This document shows positions 62,725 through 64,000 of a DNA stretch of 64,000 nucleotides, piece after piece. Positions within the stretch are counted from its first letter, which is position 1. The number at the start of each line of letters is the position of its first letter. Position numbers and translations under genes: made by a program. Where the stretch lies: NCBI GenBank assembly GCA_963829055.1, contig CAWHHI010000020.1, positions 416,001-480,000 of the forward strand, read 5' to 3'. Origin of the DNA: an uncultured Gemmatimonadaceae bacterium. Lineage in GTDB: Bacteria; Gemmatimonadota; Gemmatimonadetes; Gemmatimonadales; Gemmatimonadaceae. The notes under the pieces are model-generated. The model did not search any database and had not been told where the DNA came from. It saw only the letters and a list, made by a program, of their open reading frames with translations.

Positions 62725-63840
62725 CTACCAGCCCTGCGCGCGCTCCCACGCGCGCACCTTCTGGCGCGCGGCGTCGAACAGCCGCTCGTAGTTGCCCTTG
62801 CGCACTTTCTCGCTCGCGTCCGGCGTGAGTAGGGCCCACAGCGGACGATAGCTCTCGAAGACCGCGTAGTACTGTGTCGTATCCTTCGGCGCCACCACGT
62901 CCGAGCCGAACAGGAAGCGGTCGGGATAGCGGTTGATCATCTCGGCGGCGCGACGGGTGATCGCCGGAGACGACAGGATGTACTTCGCCACTTCGTCCCA
63001 GCTGATGTCGAAGTACACGTGGCGCAGCGCGGGGTCGGAGAGAATGCTTTCCACGATGACGGCGTGGTTGGGATTCCACTCGGACGCGGGAGCCGACGCG
63101 GACGCCTGGACCGGATGCACCACGCGCCCCAGCCCCATATGCGCCCAGATGATCGTCGTCTTCGGGTGCCGCCGGAGCAGGGCTTTCATCTGGTCGAGGA
63201 AAACGGGGTCGGCGCCCGCCTTCGCAAATGGCATGTCCATGTCGTTGTGAAAGACCACGACGAGCCCCGCCTCACCCGCCAGATCGAGAATCCGGTCCAG
63301 GGCCGGATTCGTTAGGCTGGCCACCTCGCCCGCGACCTTGGACGACACGAACTCCTTGTGAATGCTGAACTCACCAATCCCCGAGAAGACGCCCGGGAAG
63401 GTCTTCAATACCCGGCGGATGTGGTCGGCGGCGTACATGTCCGCCGGGTTGAAGCCCGTGATCATCGGGTCGAGCCGCGCGCGCTGCTCCGGCGGCAGCG
63501 AGCGGTACGCCATCGCAATGAAGGCGTCCGTGAACGAGTAGTAGTAGAGCGGGGCGTCGCTCTGGAGATAGTAGGTGGGCGCGAAGTCGCCGGAGTTCGC
63601 GTGTGACCACGTCTGCTGCAGCGGGATCCCGAACAGCGTCGAACGACCGGCACGCGTTCCCATGATGCGCAGGAAGTCCCGGACGTCGGTGCCTTCCTGG
63701 ATGTAGTTCGTCAGGTGGAAATGCGAGTCGTCGAAGTCGTAGCTGGTGCCTTGCTTGCCGGCTTGCGCGGCGGCCGTGCTGCCGGCCGCCGCCAGGGCGA
63801 CGAGCACCGCTCCCGCGTACCAGCCATGGGATCGCGTCAT
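62725..63840 (-). CDS. Exported amidohydrolase-superfamily protein
   Basis: Signal peptide; HxH motif DSHFH, GIGEF, WAHMG, DISWD, PDRFLFGSD. Confidence 0.8.
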   Translation of the reverse strand: MTRSHGWYAGAVLVALAAAGSTAAAQAGKQGTSYDFDDSHFHLTNYIQEGTDVRDFLRIMGTRAGRSTLFGIPLQQTWSHANSGDFAPTYYLQSDAPLYYYSFTDAFIAMAYRSLPPEQRARLDPMITGFNPADMYAADHIRRVLKTFPGVFSGIGEFSIHKEFVSSKVAGEVASLTNPALDRILDLAGEAGLVVVFHNDMDMPFAKAGADPVFLDQMKALLRRHPKTTIIWAHMGLGRVVHPVQASASAPASEWNPNHAVIVESILSDPALRHVYFDISWDEVAKYILSSPAITRRAAEMINRYPDRFLFGSDVVAPKDTTQYYAVFESYRPLWALLTPDASEKVRKGNYERLFDAARQKVRAWERAQGW

Positions 63841-63879
63841 GGGTGTACCTGCTCCTCCCGTCAGGCGGCGTCCGGCCTG

Positions 63880-64000
63880 CATCAGGATGTCGGTTCCGGT
63901 GGATGTCGTCGTGCGATCGATCAGCACGTCGGCGTCGGCTAGCGCGTTGGCATCGACTGGATCGACGCCGTCGGAGAGCGTGACCGTGTCGCGTTAGGCG
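63880..64000 (-). pseudogene. Internally deleted remnant of a paralog of the 47745-49107 outer-membrane protein (runs off the window)
   Basis: PNAT / TLSDGVDPVDANALA...TTTSTGTDILM versus PNATQIKLSDGVNPFEENALA...TTISAGIDILM. Confidence 0.65.

Overview
High-GC bacterial DNA, probably from an uncorrected long-read assembly: many genes carry 1-bp indels. The window is almost entirely one stress/acid-resistance and storage-carbon island. It encodes three group III PLP-dependent Orn/Lys/Arg decarboxylases with PotE- and AdiC-like antiporters, an exported glutaminase and type II asparaginase, aspartase, AspT, DASS and SulP transporters, several porins, an aquaporin, MscS, PPK2, phosphoketolase-GlgX-GlgP, a GH63-like glucosidase, a GH94 + GH144-like pair and a split RND efflux pump. 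No regulator, integrase, RNA gene or CRISPR array was recognised. Three hidden layers stand out. (1) The non-palindromic word (G)CCTAACG/CGTTAGG(C) occurs about once per 800 bp on both strands, mostly inside genes, where it forces rare codons; it is a candidate HIP1/DUS/Chi-like genome signal. (2) A recurring upstream box, CGAA(A/G)G(G/T)CCAAT(T/G)G, precedes about ten transcription units. (3) Decayed 'ghost' fragments of genes that are intact elsewhere in the window point to duplication followed by reciprocal gene loss, most clearly for the RND operon.
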